64,000 bases of DNA from Franconibacter pulveris DSM 19144. GTDB lineage: Bacteria; Pseudomonadota; Gammaproteobacteria; Enterobacterales; Enterobacteriaceae. The translations under genes were made by a program, and so were the position numbers. Under the pieces are notes generated by a model. The model worked only from the letters and a program-made list of their open reading frames with translations. It was not told where the DNA came from and searched no databases. Shown in pieces: positions 31,047 to 46,737 of this stretch. Every line of letters starts with the position of its first letter. Within the stretch, counting starts at the first letter, position 1. Where the stretch lies: assembly GCA_000621185.1 (NCBI GenBank), contig KK211223.1, positions 1 to 64,000 on the forward strand. Reading direction: 5' to 3'.

Positions 31047-31694
31047 TTACGCCTCCGTGCCAAAAATAGCCTGCAGGCGCGTCCACTCCCGGCGCAGCGC
31101 GCTGTGTGGGCTGGTCAGCACCTTCGGGTGTGGAAGCTGGTTTTTCGCGCCCGCCATCGAAGCCTGCGCCAGCGCCACGCAACCTGCCCCTTCATCAAGC
31201 GCCTGCTGCGCCCGTTCGGCTATCAACTTGAAGTACTCCGCCATCTGGCCGGCCTTAAACGTCTCCCACGCGTGCGGAATAAGCTCTATCGCCAGCGGCG
31301 CCTTCGGCGCTACCGCGCGAAACAGCGCGGCGGTGGGTTTAATGGTGGTGGGCGCGGCGCACAGCACCACGATGGGCTCTCCCGCTTTGGCGGCTTCCTG
31401 CGCCAGCGCGAGGTCGACACGCACAATGCCCGGGTCCTGCGCCAGGTAGTTGGCCGCAGAGCCCAGCGTGGAGCAGGTGAGCAGCACCACATCGGCATCG
31501 GTGCGCAGCTCCGCCAGGGCGGCGATGGTCTCTTTCTCGATTTCCGGCGTCATGCCGCCTGCCGCTTCCGCCTGTGCGAGCAGATGCGCCATCACCTGAT
31601 GTTTTAACGTGCCTTCGGGAATATGCAGGTCCCGCGCCGCTTGCTCAAAAACGTCGACGTTGCTTTGCGCCGTATGCAGACAGGCAATTTTCAT
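31047..31694 (-). CDS. Asp/Glu/hydantoin-racemase-superfamily protein (~215 aa)
   Basis: Starts MKIACLHTAQSNVDVFEQAA.. after a GGGAAA RBS. Two-lobed racemase-like pattern (..VVLLTCSTLG.. / ..GAGCVALAQASM..). The family assignment is from memory only. Confidence 0.6.
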   Translation of the reverse strand: MKIACLHTAQSNVDVFEQAARDLHIPEGTLKHQVMAHLLAQAEAAGGMTPEIEKETIAALAELRTDADVVLLTCSTLGSAANYLAQDPGIVRVDLALAQEAAKAGEPIVVLCAAPTTIKPTAALFRAVAPKAPLAIELIPHAWETFKAGQMAEYFKLIAERAQQALDEGAGCVALAQASMAGAKNQLPHPKVLTSPHSALRREWTRLQAIFGTEA

Positions 31695-31840
31695 TGTTTT
31701 CCCTTTTGAAAGAATGAATAACAAAACCTCTAACTGTGGTAGAGCGAGACGACCTGCGCAAAAGATAAACAAAAAATATGGATCTATGTCACATTTTTCA
31801 CGTATAACAGCCTCGGGAACGCAGATTATGAGGTGCAGTT

Positions 31841-32257
31841 ATGATGTTCATCTCTTCGCGCGCACGGGTAGAGCTTATCTCTACCATCCTCCAGACGGTG
31901 CTTAACCTGGGGCTGATGAGCCTGGGTCTTATCCTGGTGATTTTTCTTGGCAAGGAGACGCTGCACCTTGCCGATGTGCTCTTTTCGCCCAATGAGCAGG
32001 CCAGCAAATATGAGCTGGTGGAAGGGCTGGTGGTCTATTTCCTCTACTTTGAGTTTATTGCCCTGATTGTGAAATATTTCCAGTCCGGCTTTCACTTTCC
32101 GCTGCGCTATTTCGTCTACATCGGCATTACCGCTATCGTGCGACTGATTATTGTCGACCATAAATCGCCCATGGACGTGCTGATTTACTCCGGCGCGATT
32201 TTGCTGCTGGTGCTGGCCCTGTGGCTGTGTAATTCAAAGCGACTGAAGCGCGAATAA
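31841..32257 (+). CDS. psiE: Phosphate-starvation-inducible protein PsiE
   Basis: 138 aa, ~85% identical to E. coli PsiE (..[64 protein letters not shown]..). Confidence 0.9.
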   Translation: MMFISSRARVELISTILQTVLNLGLMSLGLILVIFLGKETLHLADVLFSPNEQASKYELVEGLVVYFLYFEFIALIVKYFQSGFHFPLRYFVYIGITAIVRLIIVDHKSPMDVLIYSGAILLLVLALWLCNSKRLKRE

Positions 32258-32290
32258 AAATGGCGGCCCAGGGGCCGCCGAAAATAGAAA
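32258..32290. terminator. psiE/malG convergent terminator
   Basis: GGCGGCCC-AGG-GGCCGCC hairpin flanked by A and T runs. Confidence 0.55.
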
Positions 32291-32344
32291 ACAAGTCAGG
32301 GATAAGACTGAGGGTTACAGTGGCACTACGTTGATGAAAGCAAA

Positions 32345-33235
32345 TTAACCTTTTACGCCTCCCGCCGTCAGGCCGCTGACCAGCCAGCGCTGCGCCAGCA
32401 GGAAGACCACGGTGATGGGAATGGCGGAAAGCACCGCCGCCGCCGCGAAGTCGCCCCACAGGTAGTTTTGCGGGTTGAGGTACTGCTGCATCCCTACCGC
32501 CAGCGTGTAGCTATTCACATCACGCAGCAGCAGCGAGGCGACCGGCACTTCGGTGATGGCGGCGATAAACGACAGAATAAACACCACCGCAAGGATAGGC
32601 ACCGAGAGCGGCAACAGCACCAGGCGGAAGGCCTGCCAGGGCGTTGCGCCATCCAGCGCCGCCGCTTCTTCCAGCGACCCGTCGATGGTTTCGAAATAGC
32701 CTTTTATCGTCCAGACGTGCAGCGCGATGCCGCCAAGGTAGGCGAAGATCACCCCGCCATGGGTGTTCAGGCCGATAAACGGAACGTACTGACCGAGCCT
32801 GTCGAACAACGCATAGAGCGCCACCAGCGACAGCACCGCTGGAAACATCTGGAAAATCAACATTCCTTTGAGCAACGCTGATTTCCCGGCGAAGCGCATG
32901 CGGGCGAACGCGTAAGCGCAGGTGGTAGAGAGCGCCACGATGCCGACTGCGGTAATGCCCGCGATTTTCACCGAGTTCCACAGCCACAGCAGCACCGGGA
33001 AGGGCGGCGGCAGCACGCGGCCGTCGGCGTGCGTTACGCTAAAGCCGAGCGCCAGTTTCCAGTGTTCCCAGGAAACCTGTTCCGGGATCAAACTGCCGGT
33101 GGCGAAGTTGCCGGGGCGCAGCGAAATAGCGATAACCATCAGCAGCGGAAACATAATGGCGGCGATAAACGCCAGCAGCAGCAGATGCGTGATGAGCAGG
33201 CGCAGCTTCTGGGATTTCGGTTGAACCATAGCCAT
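32345..33235 (-). CDS. malG: Maltose ABC transporter permease MalG
   Basis: 296 aa, highly similar to E. coli MalG. There is no xylE between psiE and malG. Confidence 0.95.
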   Translation of the reverse strand: MAMVQPKSQKLRLLITHLLLLAFIAAIMFPLLMVIAISLRPGNFATGSLIPEQVSWEHWKLALGFSVTHADGRVLPPPFPVLLWLWNSVKIAGITAVGIVALSTTCAYAFARMRFAGKSALLKGMLIFQMFPAVLSLVALYALFDRLGQYVPFIGLNTHGGVIFAYLGGIALHVWTIKGYFETIDGSLEEAAALDGATPWQAFRLVLLPLSVPILAVVFILSFIAAITEVPVASLLLRDVNSYTLAVGMQQYLNPQNYLWGDFAAAAVLSAIPITVVFLLAQRWLVSGLTAGGVKG

Positions 33236-33247
33236 GTGTCGTCCTCC

Positions 33248-34813
33248 TTAATCGAACTTAATGCGCGTGGCTTTGAGGTTAACAATCGCGAGCGCGCCCA
33301 CCAGCAGGAAAATCAGCGTGGCGATGGCGGCTGCGAGGCCGAAGTCCTGACCGCCGCCGCCTTCAAAGGCGATGCGGTAGGTGTAGCTCACCAACAGATC
33401 CGTATAGCCTGCGGGCGTGGTCGTGCCAAGACGGTCCGGTCCGCCGTTGGTTAACAGCAAAATGAGCACGAAGTTATTAAAGTTAAAGGCGAAGCTTGCG
33501 ATCATCAGCGGCGTGAGCGGCTTAATCAGCAGCGGCAGCGTGATTTTAAAGAAGTTCTGGAACGGACCGGCGCCGTCCATCGCCGAGGCTTCATAGAGAT
33601 CGTCCGGGATAGCCTTCAGCAGCCCCATGCAGAGGATCATCATGTACGGATAGCCAAGCCAGGTGTTGACGATGATTATCATGGTGCGCGCGGTGGTCGG
33701 GTCGGTAAACCAGGCGGGCTTAATGCCAAACAGCGCGTTCAGCATCATGTTTATCTCGCCAAAGCTTTGGTTAAACAGGCCCTTGAAGATAAGAATGGAG
33801 ATAAACGACGGCACGGCGTAAGGCAAAATCAGCAGCAGGCGGTAAACCGCTTTGCCTTTCAGCGCCTCCCATTGCACCAGGCAGGCCAGCACCATACCGA
33901 CGGCGACGGTCAGCAGCACTGTCAGCGTTGAGAACACCACCGTCCAGACGAAGATGGCGAAGAAGGGCTGCTGGATGCCTTCATCAGTAAAGACGCGCAG
34001 GAAGTTATCCCAGCCGATAGTCACGGTATAGCCGGGGCTGAGCTTTTCGCCATCCCAGTTGCCGTCGGCGTTAATGGCCTGATAGAAGCCGATATCGTTA
34101 TTTGGACGGTACTTCACGCCGCTCTGGTTGTTGGTGAGCGTGCCGTCTTCAGCCTGCGTATAGAGCGGCCGGGTGCCGGAGAACTGGCGCAGCGAGCTCA
34201 TCACCAGCTGGCTGTCGTCCGGCAGCACGGCGGTTATCTGGTTCAGCGCCTGGCGGTTCTGGGTGATAACGCGAAGCGTGGCGCGCTCGCCTGTCGGCAG
34301 CACCTGCGCTTCTTTCATTGTAAGCTTCTGCTCGCCGCCAAAACTGAAGGCGTCGGAGAGATAATGTTTGCCGCTTTCGCCGTCGGTTAACGCCAGCTGC
34401 CATTTGTCCCCCTGCGGATAAAGACCGAAGTTAAGGCTTTTCCCCGCCTGGTATTTGCGATCCATCAACACTTCCCGGGCGCGCTCCTGAGTGAGCTGGT
34501 TGGTGCTGCTGTAGTTGGTGAAAGCGATGGCGATAGTGCAGACCAGCGGAAAGAGGACAAACAGCCCCATTCCGGCAAAGCCCGGGTAAACATAACGCCA
34601 CGCATAGGCGCGGCGGTTGGCGAAGATATAGAGGCCGGCCGAACTTAACACCAGCGTCATGATGGCGAACAGGTACTCCCCCTGGGCGTACATCAATACC
34701 ACAAGATAGGCCACCAGCAGGCCGAGCAGCGCGACAACCGCCCATTTCAGCGCATCGCTTTGCCACCAGTGGGTCTTTTTAACAACATCCATGGGGTTCT
34801 TCCTCAACTGCAA
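33248..34813 (-). CDS. malF: Maltose ABC transporter permease MalF
   Basis: 521 aa beginning MDVVKKTHWWQSDALKWAV.. Confidence 0.95.
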   Translation of the reverse strand: MQLRKNPMDVVKKTHWWQSDALKWAVVALLGLLVAYLVVLMYAQGEYLFAIMTLVLSSAGLYIFANRRAYAWRYVYPGFAGMGLFVLFPLVCTIAIAFTNYSSTNQLTQERAREVLMDRKYQAGKSLNFGLYPQGDKWQLALTDGESGKHYLSDAFSFGGEQKLTMKEAQVLPTGERATLRVITQNRQALNQITAVLPDDSQLVMSSLRQFSGTRPLYTQAEDGTLTNNQSGVKYRPNNDIGFYQAINADGNWDGEKLSPGYTVTIGWDNFLRVFTDEGIQQPFFAIFVWTVVFSTLTVLLTVAVGMVLACLVQWEALKGKAVYRLLLILPYAVPSFISILIFKGLFNQSFGEINMMLNALFGIKPAWFTDPTTARTMIIIVNTWLGYPYMMILCMGLLKAIPDDLYEASAMDGAGPFQNFFKITLPLLIKPLTPLMIASFAFNFNNFVLILLLTNGGPDRLGTTTPAGYTDLLVSYTYRIAFEGGGGQDFGLAAAIATLIFLLVGALAIVNLKATRIKFD

Positions 34814-34892
34814 TGAATACTTGTGTTGCCTGGCGACGGCACGCCGCCGTCATTAAATGGCGGGCGGACAACGCGCCGCCCGCCGGGGTTAA

Positions 34893-38922
<4,030 letters not shown>

Positions 38923-38944
38923 TCCGCATCATCTTAGCTGTACC

Positions 38945-38972
38945 AGAGAGGGGCGAAAGCCCCTCTTTACCC
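38945..38972 (+). terminator. lamB attenuator/terminator hairpin
   Basis: AGAGGGGC-GAAA-GCCCCTCT. Confidence 0.45.
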
Positions 38973-39048
38973 TCACAAGTTAAGTTATTCAGGATGCGGC
39001 GCGCTATTGCCTGGCTACCGTCGCATTCGTTCAAATAAGGTTATAACA

Positions 39049-40020
39049 ATGAAAATGAAAAAAAGTCTTGTCGCGCTCTGCCTGAGCGCAGGGTTGCTCG
39101 CCTGCGCGCCGATTGTCAGCTTCGCTGATGTAAATATAGTGCCGCAAAATACTTCCGCCGCGCCTGCAATCCCGGCTTCGGCATTACAGCAAATTGTCTG
39201 GACGCCGGTCGCCCAATCACAAACGCAGACTACGCAAGTTGCCACCGCCGGCCAAACGCTGAACGTGCCGGGGATTAGCGGCAAAGTCGTGGCTTACAGC
39301 GTGCCGGCAAACATCGGCGAACTGAATATTACGTTGACCAGCCTTGGCGAAAAGCAACGATCCATTTTTGCGCCAAACCTGCTGGTATTAGATCAGAATC
39401 TCACGCCTGCCGCCTATTTCCCAAGCAGCTATTTCGCTTATAAAGAGCCGGGCGCCGTTTCTGAAGACCGTCTTGAAGGCACCGTTAAGCTGACGCCGGC
39501 GCTGGGTCAGCAAAAACTTTATCTGCTGGTTTTCACCACGCCGCAAGATTTACAGAAGACCACGACGATGACCAACGCAGCTAAAGCCTATGCCAAAGGC
39601 GTGGGCAACGCGGTGCCCGATATCGCGGACCCGGTTGCGCGTCATACTACTGACGGTACGTTGAAGCTGAAAGTGAGCACTAACTCCGCATCCAGCATCC
39701 TGGTTGGTCCGCTGTTTGGCTCTTCCAGCCAGGCTTCTGTCACCGTGGGCAATACTGCCGCGCCTGCTACGGCGTATGCTGCGCCAGCACCTGCTACCGC
39801 TTACGCCGCGCCCGCTCCGGCGCCTGCCGCAGCCCCTGCGCCTGGCGCGAAGAGCGAGCCGGTGCTGAACGATACCGAAACCTATTTTAATCAGGCCATT
39901 AAGCAAGCGGTCGCCAAAGGGGATGTCGACAAGGCCCTGAAACTGCTGAATGAAGCCGAGCGTCTGGGTTCTACCTCCGCCCGTCAAACTTTTATCAGCA
40001 GTGTAAAAGGCAAGGGGTGA
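39049..40020 (+). CDS. malM: Maltose-operon periplasmic protein MalM
   Basis: Signal peptide MKMKKSLVALCLSAGLLACAPIVSFA and an Ala/Pro-rich C-terminal region. Synteny. Confidence 0.9.
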   Translation: MKMKKSLVALCLSAGLLACAPIVSFADVNIVPQNTSAAPAIPASALQQIVWTPVAQSQTQTTQVATAGQTLNVPGISGKVVAYSVPANIGELNITLTSLGEKQRSIFAPNLLVLDQNLTPAAYFPSSYFAYKEPGAVSEDRLEGTVKLTPALGQQKLYLLVFTTPQDLQKTTTMTNAAKAYAKGVGNAVPDIADPVARHTTDGTLKLKVSTNSASSILVGPLFGSSSQASVTVGNTAAPATAYAAPAPATAYAAPAPAPAAAPAPGAKSEPVLNDTETYFNQAIKQAVAKGDVDKALKLLNEAERLGSTSARQTFISSVKGKG

Positions 40021-40198
40021 CCGTCTCCCCGCATTGCTGATGCTTGCAAGACCTGGTGCGCTTCGGCGCACCTTTTTTATTTTCTCCGCCGCGTTGTTGC
40101 ACCCCTGTTGCGTTTTTGATCGCCAGAAGCGGTTTGCCCGCCACCTCTGCGCCTTTCTGCGCTACAATGCCTCGTCAAACAGCCCCGGAGAATGATGC

Positions 40199-40696
40199 AT
40201 GTCCCACCCCGCGCTGATGCAGCTTCGCGCGTTGTCTTTTACAACCGATACCGCCTCCCTGGATGAGAACCTGCTCGACTGGCTGATGCTGGAAGATTCC
40301 ATGACTAAACGCTTTGAACAACACTGCAAGCGCGTAAGCGTGGATTTGTTATTTGAAGGTTTTGTCAGCCCGCAGGAGATTGCGGCGGAGCGCGAGTGGC
40401 TGCCGCAGGAAGAGACCTACTGGCTGCGTGAAATCGTGCTCTGCGGCGATGGCGAACCCTGGCTTGTTGGGCGCACCGTGGTGCCGCAGTCTACACTCAA
40501 TGGACCCGAATTAGCCTTACAGAACATGGGGACTACGCCGCTGGGTCGCTACCTGTTTACCTCATCGACTCTGACCCGGGATTTTATCCATCCGGGCCGC
40601 AGCGGCGAGCTGTGGGGGCGTCGTTCCCGGCTGCGCCTTTCCGGCAAACCGCTGTTACTGACTGAACTGTTTTTGCCTGCATCGCCATTGTATTAA
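40199..40696 (+). CDS. ubiC: Chorismate pyruvate-lyase
   Basis: 165 aa. Synteny before ubiA. Conserved ..[22 protein letters not shown].. Confidence 0.9.
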   Translation: MSHPALMQLRALSFTTDTASLDENLLDWLMLEDSMTKRFEQHCKRVSVDLLFEGFVSPQEIAAEREWLPQEETYWLREIVLCGDGEPWLVGRTVVPQSTLNGPELALQNMGTTPLGRYLFTSSTLTRDFIHPGRSGELWGRRSRLRLSGKPLLLTELFLPASPLY

Positions 40697-40707
40697 GAGG
40701 AAGAGAA

Positions 40708-41580
40708 ATGGAGTGGAGTCTGACGCAGAATAAGCTGCTCGCTTATCATCGCCTGATGCGTACCGACAAACCGATTGGCGCCTTGCTGCTGCTGTGGCCG
40801 ACCCTGTGGGCGTTATGGGTGGCGACGCCCGGCGTACCGCCGCTGTGGATCCTGGCGGTGTTTGTGGTGGGCGTCTGGCTGATGCGCGCCGCGGGATGCG
40901 TGGTCAACGATTATGCCGATCGTAAATTTGACGGTCACGTAAAGCGCACGGCAAACCGTCCGCTGCCGAGCGGCGCGGTAACAGAGAGAGAAGCGAAAAA
41001 CCTGTTTGTGGTGCTGGTGCTTATCTCTTTCGCGCTGGTGCTGACGCTCAACCTGATGACCATCCTGCTCTCTGTCGCCGCGCTGGCGCTGGCGTGGATG
41101 TATCCTTTTATGAAGCGCTACACGCATCTGCCGCAGGTGGTGCTGGGCGCGGCGTTCGGCTGGTCTATTCCGATGGCTTTTGCCGCCGTGAGCGAAACCG
41201 TGCCGCTTAGCTGCTGGCTGATGTTTCTCGCGAATATCTGCTGGGCTGTGGCCTATGACACCGAGTACGCCATGGTCGATCGTGATGACGATGTGAAGAT
41301 AGGGGTGAAATCCACCGCTATTCTGTTTGGTCAGTACGATAAATTGATTATTGGTTTGCTGCAGATAGCCGTACTGGCGCTAATGATCGCGATTGGTTGG
41401 TTGAATGGCCTGGGCGGGGCATTTTACGCTTCCGTGGTGGTGGCGGGCGCGCTGTTTGTTTATCAGCAGAAGATCATTGCCGGGCGCGATCGCGACGCCT
41501 GTTTTAAAGCGTTTCTCAATAATAACTACGTAGGCCTGGCGCTGTTTGTGGGGCTGGCGGTGAGTTATTTACGGTTCTGA
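40708..41580 (+). CDS. ubiA: 4-hydroxybenzoate octaprenyltransferase
   Basis: 290 aa with UbiA motifs NDYADRKFD and [13 protein letters not shown]. Confidence 0.95.
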   Translation: MEWSLTQNKLLAYHRLMRTDKPIGALLLLWPTLWALWVATPGVPPLWILAVFVVGVWLMRAAGCVVNDYADRKFDGHVKRTANRPLPSGAVTEREAKNLFVVLVLISFALVLTLNLMTILLSVAALALAWMYPFMKRYTHLPQVVLGAAFGWSIPMAFAAVSETVPLSCWLMFLANICWAVAYDTEYAMVDRDDDVKIGVKSTAILFGQYDKLIIGLLQIAVLALMIAIGWLNGLGGAFYASVVVAGALFVYQQKIIAGRDRDACFKAFLNNNYVGLALFVGLAVSYLRF

Positions 41581-41595
41581 CAGGCGAGGCGTGAA

Positions 41596-41628
41596 ATAAA
41601 AAAGGCGGGTTTCCCCGCCTTTTTTTAT
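41596..41628. terminator. Bidirectional ubiA/plsB terminator
   Basis: AAAAAAGGCGGG-TTTC-CCCGCCTTTTTTT. Confidence 0.7.
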
Positions 41629-44051
41629 TCGCCAGCCTGTGCGGCGGCGCTCTCAATCGTCAACCGTACGTCGGAAGTCATCAACTCCGCCAGCAGCTGG
41701 TAAACCTTCATGGTTTCCGCCGGCTCGGCATCGCCGGTATCGCTGATGTAGCCTTCGTCACGCAGCGTCAGCACCAGCGTGGAGAACACGGCTTTGTCGA
41801 AAAACTCCGGCGCGTTGATGCCGTGCAGCACCGACAGACGCTGGGCCACGGTGCGGCTCTCTTTTTCAAGCGTGCCGCGGTTGATAGAAGGGTTAGCGCT
41901 CAGCAGCCAGAAGGTGATCGCGTAGCGCTGCAGCGTCTCGCGCACGCCCGCCGCCAGCAATTGCATGGTGCGTGAACGCGCCGGGTTGAGCTGCACTTCC
42001 GCCGCTTCTTCGACAATCAGTCCCTGGCGCGCCATTTCCGCGACCAGCGCATCGGTCACCGTCTGCACTTCCGTTGTCTCCCAACGCAGGAACAGCTCTG
42101 CCTTGAGAAGCGGGTAGAGCACTTCAACCTGACGCTGCAGCGCTTCACGGCTGATACGGCGATGCTGGGTGATAATCGCCGCCAGCAGCGAAGGCAGCAC
42201 CAGCATGTGCATGATGTTATTACGGTAATAGGTCATCAGCACCGCCTGCTCGCGCGGCAGAATGATGATATCGCCGATGGTGTCTTTCTCTACCTCGAAC
42301 TTATTCATCTGCAACGCGTGGTCGATAAGCGCGCTGGCGCTGGCGTCCGGGACGGTGGAGTCGCCGGAATAAGGCACGTTGCGCAGCAGATCAAGGTAGC
42401 ATTCCAGCTGTTCAGTAAGCTGCTCGCGGGTCAGCGAGCGCTGGCGGGATGCGAGCAGGGCGGTGCAGCAAAGGTTCATGGCGTTGGCCGCCCCGGCGTT
42501 GTTGATTCGCACCATCAGCTTCGCGGCGATATCGTTAACCGTGGGGGTAAGCCAGGCCGGGCGCACCGCCTCGATCGGGTCGATAGCGTCGCGCCATTCC
42601 GGCACGCGCTGGTTAAGGTAGGTCATCAACGGCATTGGCTCGCCGAAGTTAACGTACCCCTGGCCCAGATTACGAAGCTTGCTTAAGCCACGCAGCATTT
42701 GCAGCAGGTTCTCTTTCTCTTTCGTGGCGCCGCGCAGTTCTTTAGCGTAAGTGCCCACTTCCATAACATGCTCGTAGCCGATGTAAATCGGCACCAGCGT
42801 AATGGGACGAGAGCCGCCGCGCAGCATCGCCTGGATAGTCATCGACAGGGTGCCGGTTTTCGGATCCAGCAGACGGCCGGTGCGCGAGCGCCCGCCTTCC
42901 ACAAAGTACTCTACCGAATAGCCGCGGCTGAACAGCTCGCCCAGGTATTCACGAAAGACAGTGGAGTAGAGCTTATTGCCTTTGAAGGTGCGGCGGATAA
43001 AGAACGCCCCAAGGCGGCGGAAAATCGGCCCCGCTGGCCAGAAGTTAAGGTTAATGCCGGCGGCGATATGCGGCGGCACCAGACCCTGGTGATAAAGCAC
43101 GTAGGAGAGCAGCAGGTAGTCCATATGGCTGCGGTGGCAGGGCACATAAACGATTTCGTGACCGTCATGGGCCAGCTGGCGCACGCGCTCGGCGTTATGG
43201 ACATTGATGCCCTGATAGAGCCGGTTCCAGGTAAAGCCCAGAATACGATCGGAGACGCGAATCATCTCATAAGAGAAATTAGCGGCGATCTCTTCCATCA
43301 GCGCCACCGCGTTCTGCTGCGCTTTTTCGTGGGAGATTTTCTTGGTGCGCGCTTCGTCTTCGACCGCGCGAGCGATGGCTTTTGAGGCCAGCAGCTTGTT
43401 GAAAAGATCCTGGCGCGCCGGCAGACGCGGGCCAACCGCCGCCAGACGCTGGCGGGCGAAATGCATGCGCGCCACGCGGGCAAGCTTCTGCGCGATGGTT
43501 TTATCGGTACCGTGCTCTGTCGCCATGCGGCGCAGGGATACCGGCTGCGAGAAGCGAACAAAGCTATCGCGGCCAAGCCAGGAGATAGCGAAAAACTTTT
43601 GTACGCCGTTAAGCAGGCGCAGCGGCGGGTTTTCTTCGCCTTTCTCACGCCCCGGCGCGCGGCCGAACATCACCGATACCGGCACCATCTGCACGTCGAG
43701 ACCGGCATTGCTGCGATGCAAATCCAGGTACTCGTGAAACAGCTTGATGGACTCTTCTTTCGGCGTGTACCAGGTGAAAACGCGCGGGCCGCCGTGAATA
43801 AAAATGTAGCGGGGCAATTGCGTGCCATCGATTTCCAGCGGTTCTAACGGGTCCGGTAAATCATGGGCCAGACACTGGGCGCGCAGCGTTAACAAATCCG
43901 CTTTTGAGTTGTACGGCAAGACGTACATGATGGGACGAGAGGTATCAAGCCCCAGCTCGGCGCAAGGATCCGCCGGAATAGACTTGCTTTTTACCAGCAT
44001 ACTTAATGGTAAATTCAGTAATTTGTAGTACATTCGTGGCCAACCGGACAT
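41625..44051 (-). CDS. plsB: Glycerol-3-phosphate acyltransferase PlsB
   Basis: Start [29 protein letters not shown].. (808 aa), ~90% identical to E. coli PlsB, with the HRSHMDY acyltransferase motif. The tool ORF's 185-aa upstream extension is spurious. Confidence 0.95.
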   Translation of the reverse strand: MSGWPRMYYKLLNLPLSMLVKSKSIPADPCAELGLDTSRPIMYVLPYNSKADLLTLRAQCLAHDLPDPLEPLEIDGTQLPRYIFIHGGPRVFTWYTPKEESIKLFHEYLDLHRSNAGLDVQMVPVSVMFGRAPGREKGEENPPLRLLNGVQKFFAISWLGRDSFVRFSQPVSLRRMATEHGTDKTIAQKLARVARMHFARQRLAAVGPRLPARQDLFNKLLASKAIARAVEDEARTKKISHEKAQQNAVALMEEIAANFSYEMIRVSDRILGFTWNRLYQGINVHNAERVRQLAHDGHEIVYVPCHRSHMDYLLLSYVLYHQGLVPPHIAAGINLNFWPAGPIFRRLGAFFIRRTFKGNKLYSTVFREYLGELFSRGYSVEYFVEGGRSRTGRLLDPKTGTLSMTIQAMLRGGSRPITLVPIYIGYEHVMEVGTYAKELRGATKEKENLLQMLRGLSKLRNLGQGYVNFGEPMPLMTYLNQRVPEWRDAIDPIEAVRPAWLTPTVNDIAAKLMVRINNAGAANAMNLCCTALLASRQRSLTREQLTEQLECYLDLLRNVPYSGDSTVPDASASALIDHALQMNKFEVEKDTIGDIIILPREQAVLMTYYRNNIMHMLVLPSLLAAIITQHRRISREALQRQVEVLYPLLKAELFLRWETTEVQTVTDALVAEMARQGLIVEEAAEVQLNPARSRTMQLLAAGVRETLQRYAITFWLLSANPSINRGTLEKESRTVAQRLSVLHGINAPEFFDKAVFSTLVLTLRDEGYISDTGDAEPAETMKVYQLLAELMTSDVRLTIESAAAQAGE

Positions 44052-44183
44052 AAACGATGTAAAGCCTCTGGTTAATAATGCAATGGCGCCGTCAGAATAG
44101 CAGAAACGATGCGGAATTTCTGTGGTGCTTCGTTGTTGAGCGCAATAGCATTGACGCTGATAAATCAAAAAGGTTTCTTTTTC

Positions 44184-44552
44184 ATGGCCAATAACACCAC
44201 CGGACTCACCCGAATCATTAAAGCGGCAGGCTACTCCTGGAAAGGAATTAGCGCGGCATGGAGAAATGAGGCGGCGTTCCGCCAGGAAGGCGTGGCGACA
44301 ATACTCGCCATAGTTATCGCCTGCTGGCTTGATGTCGACCCGATTACCCGCGTGCTGCTGATTGGCTCCGTTTTGCTGGTGATGATTGTGGAAATTCTTA
44401 ACAGCGCTATCGAAGCGGTGGTTGACCGCATCGGGCCTGAATTCCATGAGCTTTCCGGCCGCGCCAAGGATATGGGATCGGCGGCGGTGTTGCTGGCGAT
44501 TATCCTTGCCCTTATCACCTGGGTCACGCTGCTGTGGCATCATTTGCGATAA
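44184..44552 (+). CDS. dgkA: Diacylglycerol kinase
   Basis: [36 protein letters not shown].. (122 aa), very close to E. coli DgkA. Confidence 0.9.
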   Translation: MANNTTGLTRIIKAAGYSWKGISAAWRNEAAFRQEGVATILAIVIACWLDVDPITRVLLIGSVLLVMIVEILNSAIEAVVDRIGPEFHELSGRAKDMGSAAVLLAIILALITWVTLLWHHLR

Positions 44553-44618
44553 GTTTTCCAGAATTGGCCGCGCTGGCGCGCTTTTTTGCGGGTAAGGTGG
44601 TTTCAAAATCGCCTTTAG

Positions 44619-44656
44619 CTGTATATACTCACAGCATTCACTGTATATTCACCCAG
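44619..44656 (+). promoter_or_regulatory. Two LexA SOS boxes (CTGTATATACTCACAG; CTGTATATTCACCCAG)
   Basis: Two CTGT-N8-(A/C)CAG boxes 6–45 nt upstream of the lexA ATG, the same arrangement as in E. coli. Confidence 0.75.
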
Positions 44657-44664
44657 GGGGCGGA

Positions 44665-45273
44665 ATGAAAGCATTAACTACCAGGCAACAAGAGGTGTTT
44701 GATCTCATTCGGGATCATATCAGCCAGACCGGCATGCCGCCTACTCGTGCCGAAATCGCGCAGCGTCTGGGGTTCCGTTCGCCCAACGCGGCGGAAGAGC
44801 ATTTAAAAGCGCTGGCGCGTAAAGGCGTCATTGAAATCGTTTCCGGCGCTTCCCGCGGCATTCGTCTGTTGCAGGAAGATGAAGAGGGCCTGCCGCTGGT
44901 GGGGCGCGTCGCCGCTGGCGAACCGCTGCTGGCGCAGCAGCATATCGAAGGCCACTACCAGGTCGACCCTTCTCTCTTTAAGCCGAGCGCGGATTTTCTG
45001 CTGCGCGTTAGCGGCATGTCGATGAAAGACATCGGCATTATGGATGGCGATCTGCTGGCGGTGCATAAAACGCAGGATGTGCGTAATGGCCAGGTCGTGG
45101 TGGCGCGTATCGACGATGAAGTTACCGTTAAGCGCCTGAAAAAACAGGGCAACACCGTCGAGCTGCTGCCGGAAAACAACGAATTCAAACCTATTGTGGT
45201 TGACCTGCGCGAGCACAACTTCTCTATTGAAGGGCTGGCCGTAGGGGTCATCCGCAACGGCGAATGGCTTTAA
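44665..45273 (+). CDS. lexA: SOS repressor LexA
   Basis: 202 aa beginning [69 protein letters not shown].. Confidence 0.95.
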   Translation: MKALTTRQQEVFDLIRDHISQTGMPPTRAEIAQRLGFRSPNAAEEHLKALARKGVIEIVSGASRGIRLLQEDEEGLPLVGRVAAGEPLLAQQHIEGHYQVDPSLFKPSADFLLRVSGMSMKDIGIMDGDLLAVHKTQDVRNGQVVVARIDDEVTVKRLKKQGNTVELLPENNEFKPIVVDLREHNFSIEGLAVGVIRNGEWL

Positions 45274-45356
45274 CGCCCGCCTGATTGATAAACACACCGC
45301 AACGCAGCGCCCCTCGTTGCGGTTTTTTTTATCTTCTTTTCTCAGACTGCATCTCC

Positions 45357-46691
45357 ATGCCTTTTTTCTCACAGACTGACCGCGCGCTCTGGCGGCTTGC
45401 GCTGCCGATGATTTTCTCCAACATCACCGTTCCCCTGCTGGGCCTCGTCGATACGGCGGTCATAGGCCATCTTGACAGCGCCGACTATCTGGGCGGCGTG
45501 GCCGTAGGCGCAACCGCGACCAGCTTCGTCTTTATGCTGCTGCTTTTTCTGCGTATGAGCACCACCGGGCTGACCGCGCAAGCCTTCGGCGCTCAGGATC
45601 CCATTCGGCTTGCCCGTGCGCTGGTGCAGCCGATGCTGCTGGCCGTGGGGGCCGGGCTGATTATTATGCTGTTGCGTACGCCGCTGATTGATCTGGCGCT
45701 GCATATTGTCGGCGGCAGCGAAGCGGTGTTGATACAGGCAAGGCGTTTTTTAGAGATTCGCTGGCTTAGCGCTCCCGCGTCGCTCGCCAACCTGGTGCTA
45801 CTCGGCTGGCTGCTTGGCGTGCAGTATGCGCGCGCTCCAGTCATCCTGTTGGTTGTGGGAAACCTGCTTAACATCGTACTCGATCTCTGGTTGGTCATGG
45901 GCTTGCATCTGAATGTCCGGGGAGCGGCGCTTGCCACGGCGCTTGCCGAGTACGCCACTTTCTTAATTGGCCTGTGGATGGTGAGACGCGTACTGAACAG
46001 GCGCGGCATCGGCTTTGCAATGCTCGCCACCGCATGGCGCGGCGAGTTTCGTCGTCTGCTGGCGCTTAATCGCGACATCATGCTGCGTTCGCTGCTTTTA
46101 CAGCTCTGCTTTGCCGCCGTGACGATTTTTGGCGCACGCCTTGGCAGCGAGGTGGTCGCAGTCAACGCTATCTTAATGACCTTCTTAACGTTTACCGCTT
46201 ACGCGCTGGATGGGTTTGCTTATGCCGTTGAAGCGCATTCCGGGCAGGCCTATGGCGCGCGAGACGGAAGCCAGCTGCTGGATGTCTGGCAGGCGGCGTG
46301 CCGGCAGGCGGGCGTCGTGGCGCTGGCGTTTAGCCTCTGCTGGGCCTTTTTCGGCGACACGGTGGTTTCACTGTTGACCTCGCTGCCCGCCTTGCAGCAG
46401 CAGGCCGACCACTATTTGCCCTGGCAGGTCGTGCTGCCGATTATTGGCGTGTGGTGTTATCTGCTGGATGGCATGTTTATCGGCGCGACGCGCGCATCTG
46501 AGATGCGCAACAGCATGGCGGTGGCGGCGCTGGGGTTTGCCGTCACGTTGCTTACGCTGCCGTGGCTTGGCAATCATGGCCTATGGCTGGCGATGACCGT
46601 TTTTCTTGCACTGCGCGGCCTGTCGCTTGGTTATATCTGGCGAAAGCGCTGGCGGGAGCAACGCTGGTTCTTACCGGCGAACCATCGCTAA
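45357..46691 (+). CDS. dinF: MATE-family efflux protein DinF
   Basis: Start MPFFSQTDRALWRLALPMIFSNITVPLLGLVDTAVIGHLDS.. (~444 aa), close to E. coli DinF. Confidence 0.9.
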   Translation: MPFFSQTDRALWRLALPMIFSNITVPLLGLVDTAVIGHLDSADYLGGVAVGATATSFVFMLLLFLRMSTTGLTAQAFGAQDPIRLARALVQPMLLAVGAGLIIMLLRTPLIDLALHIVGGSEAVLIQARRFLEIRWLSAPASLANLVLLGWLLGVQYARAPVILLVVGNLLNIVLDLWLVMGLHLNVRGAALATALAEYATFLIGLWMVRRVLNRRGIGFAMLATAWRGEFRRLLALNRDIMLRSLLLQLCFAAVTIFGARLGSEVVAVNAILMTFLTFTAYALDGFAYAVEAHSGQAYGARDGSQLLDVWQAACRQAGVVALAFSLCWAFFGDTVVSLLTSLPALQQQADHYLPWQVVLPIIGVWCYLLDGMFIGATRASEMRNSMAVAALGFAVTLLTLPWLGNHGLWLAMTVFLALRGLSLGYIWRKRWREQRWFLPANHR

Positions 46692-46706
46692 TCAGGTCAG
46701 GTAATC

Positions 46707-46737
46707 GGGGAACACTACGCGGAGTTCCCCTTTTTTA
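46707..46737 (+). terminator. dinF terminator
   Basis: GGGGAAC-ACTACGCGGA-GTTCCCC followed by T6. Confidence 0.6.
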
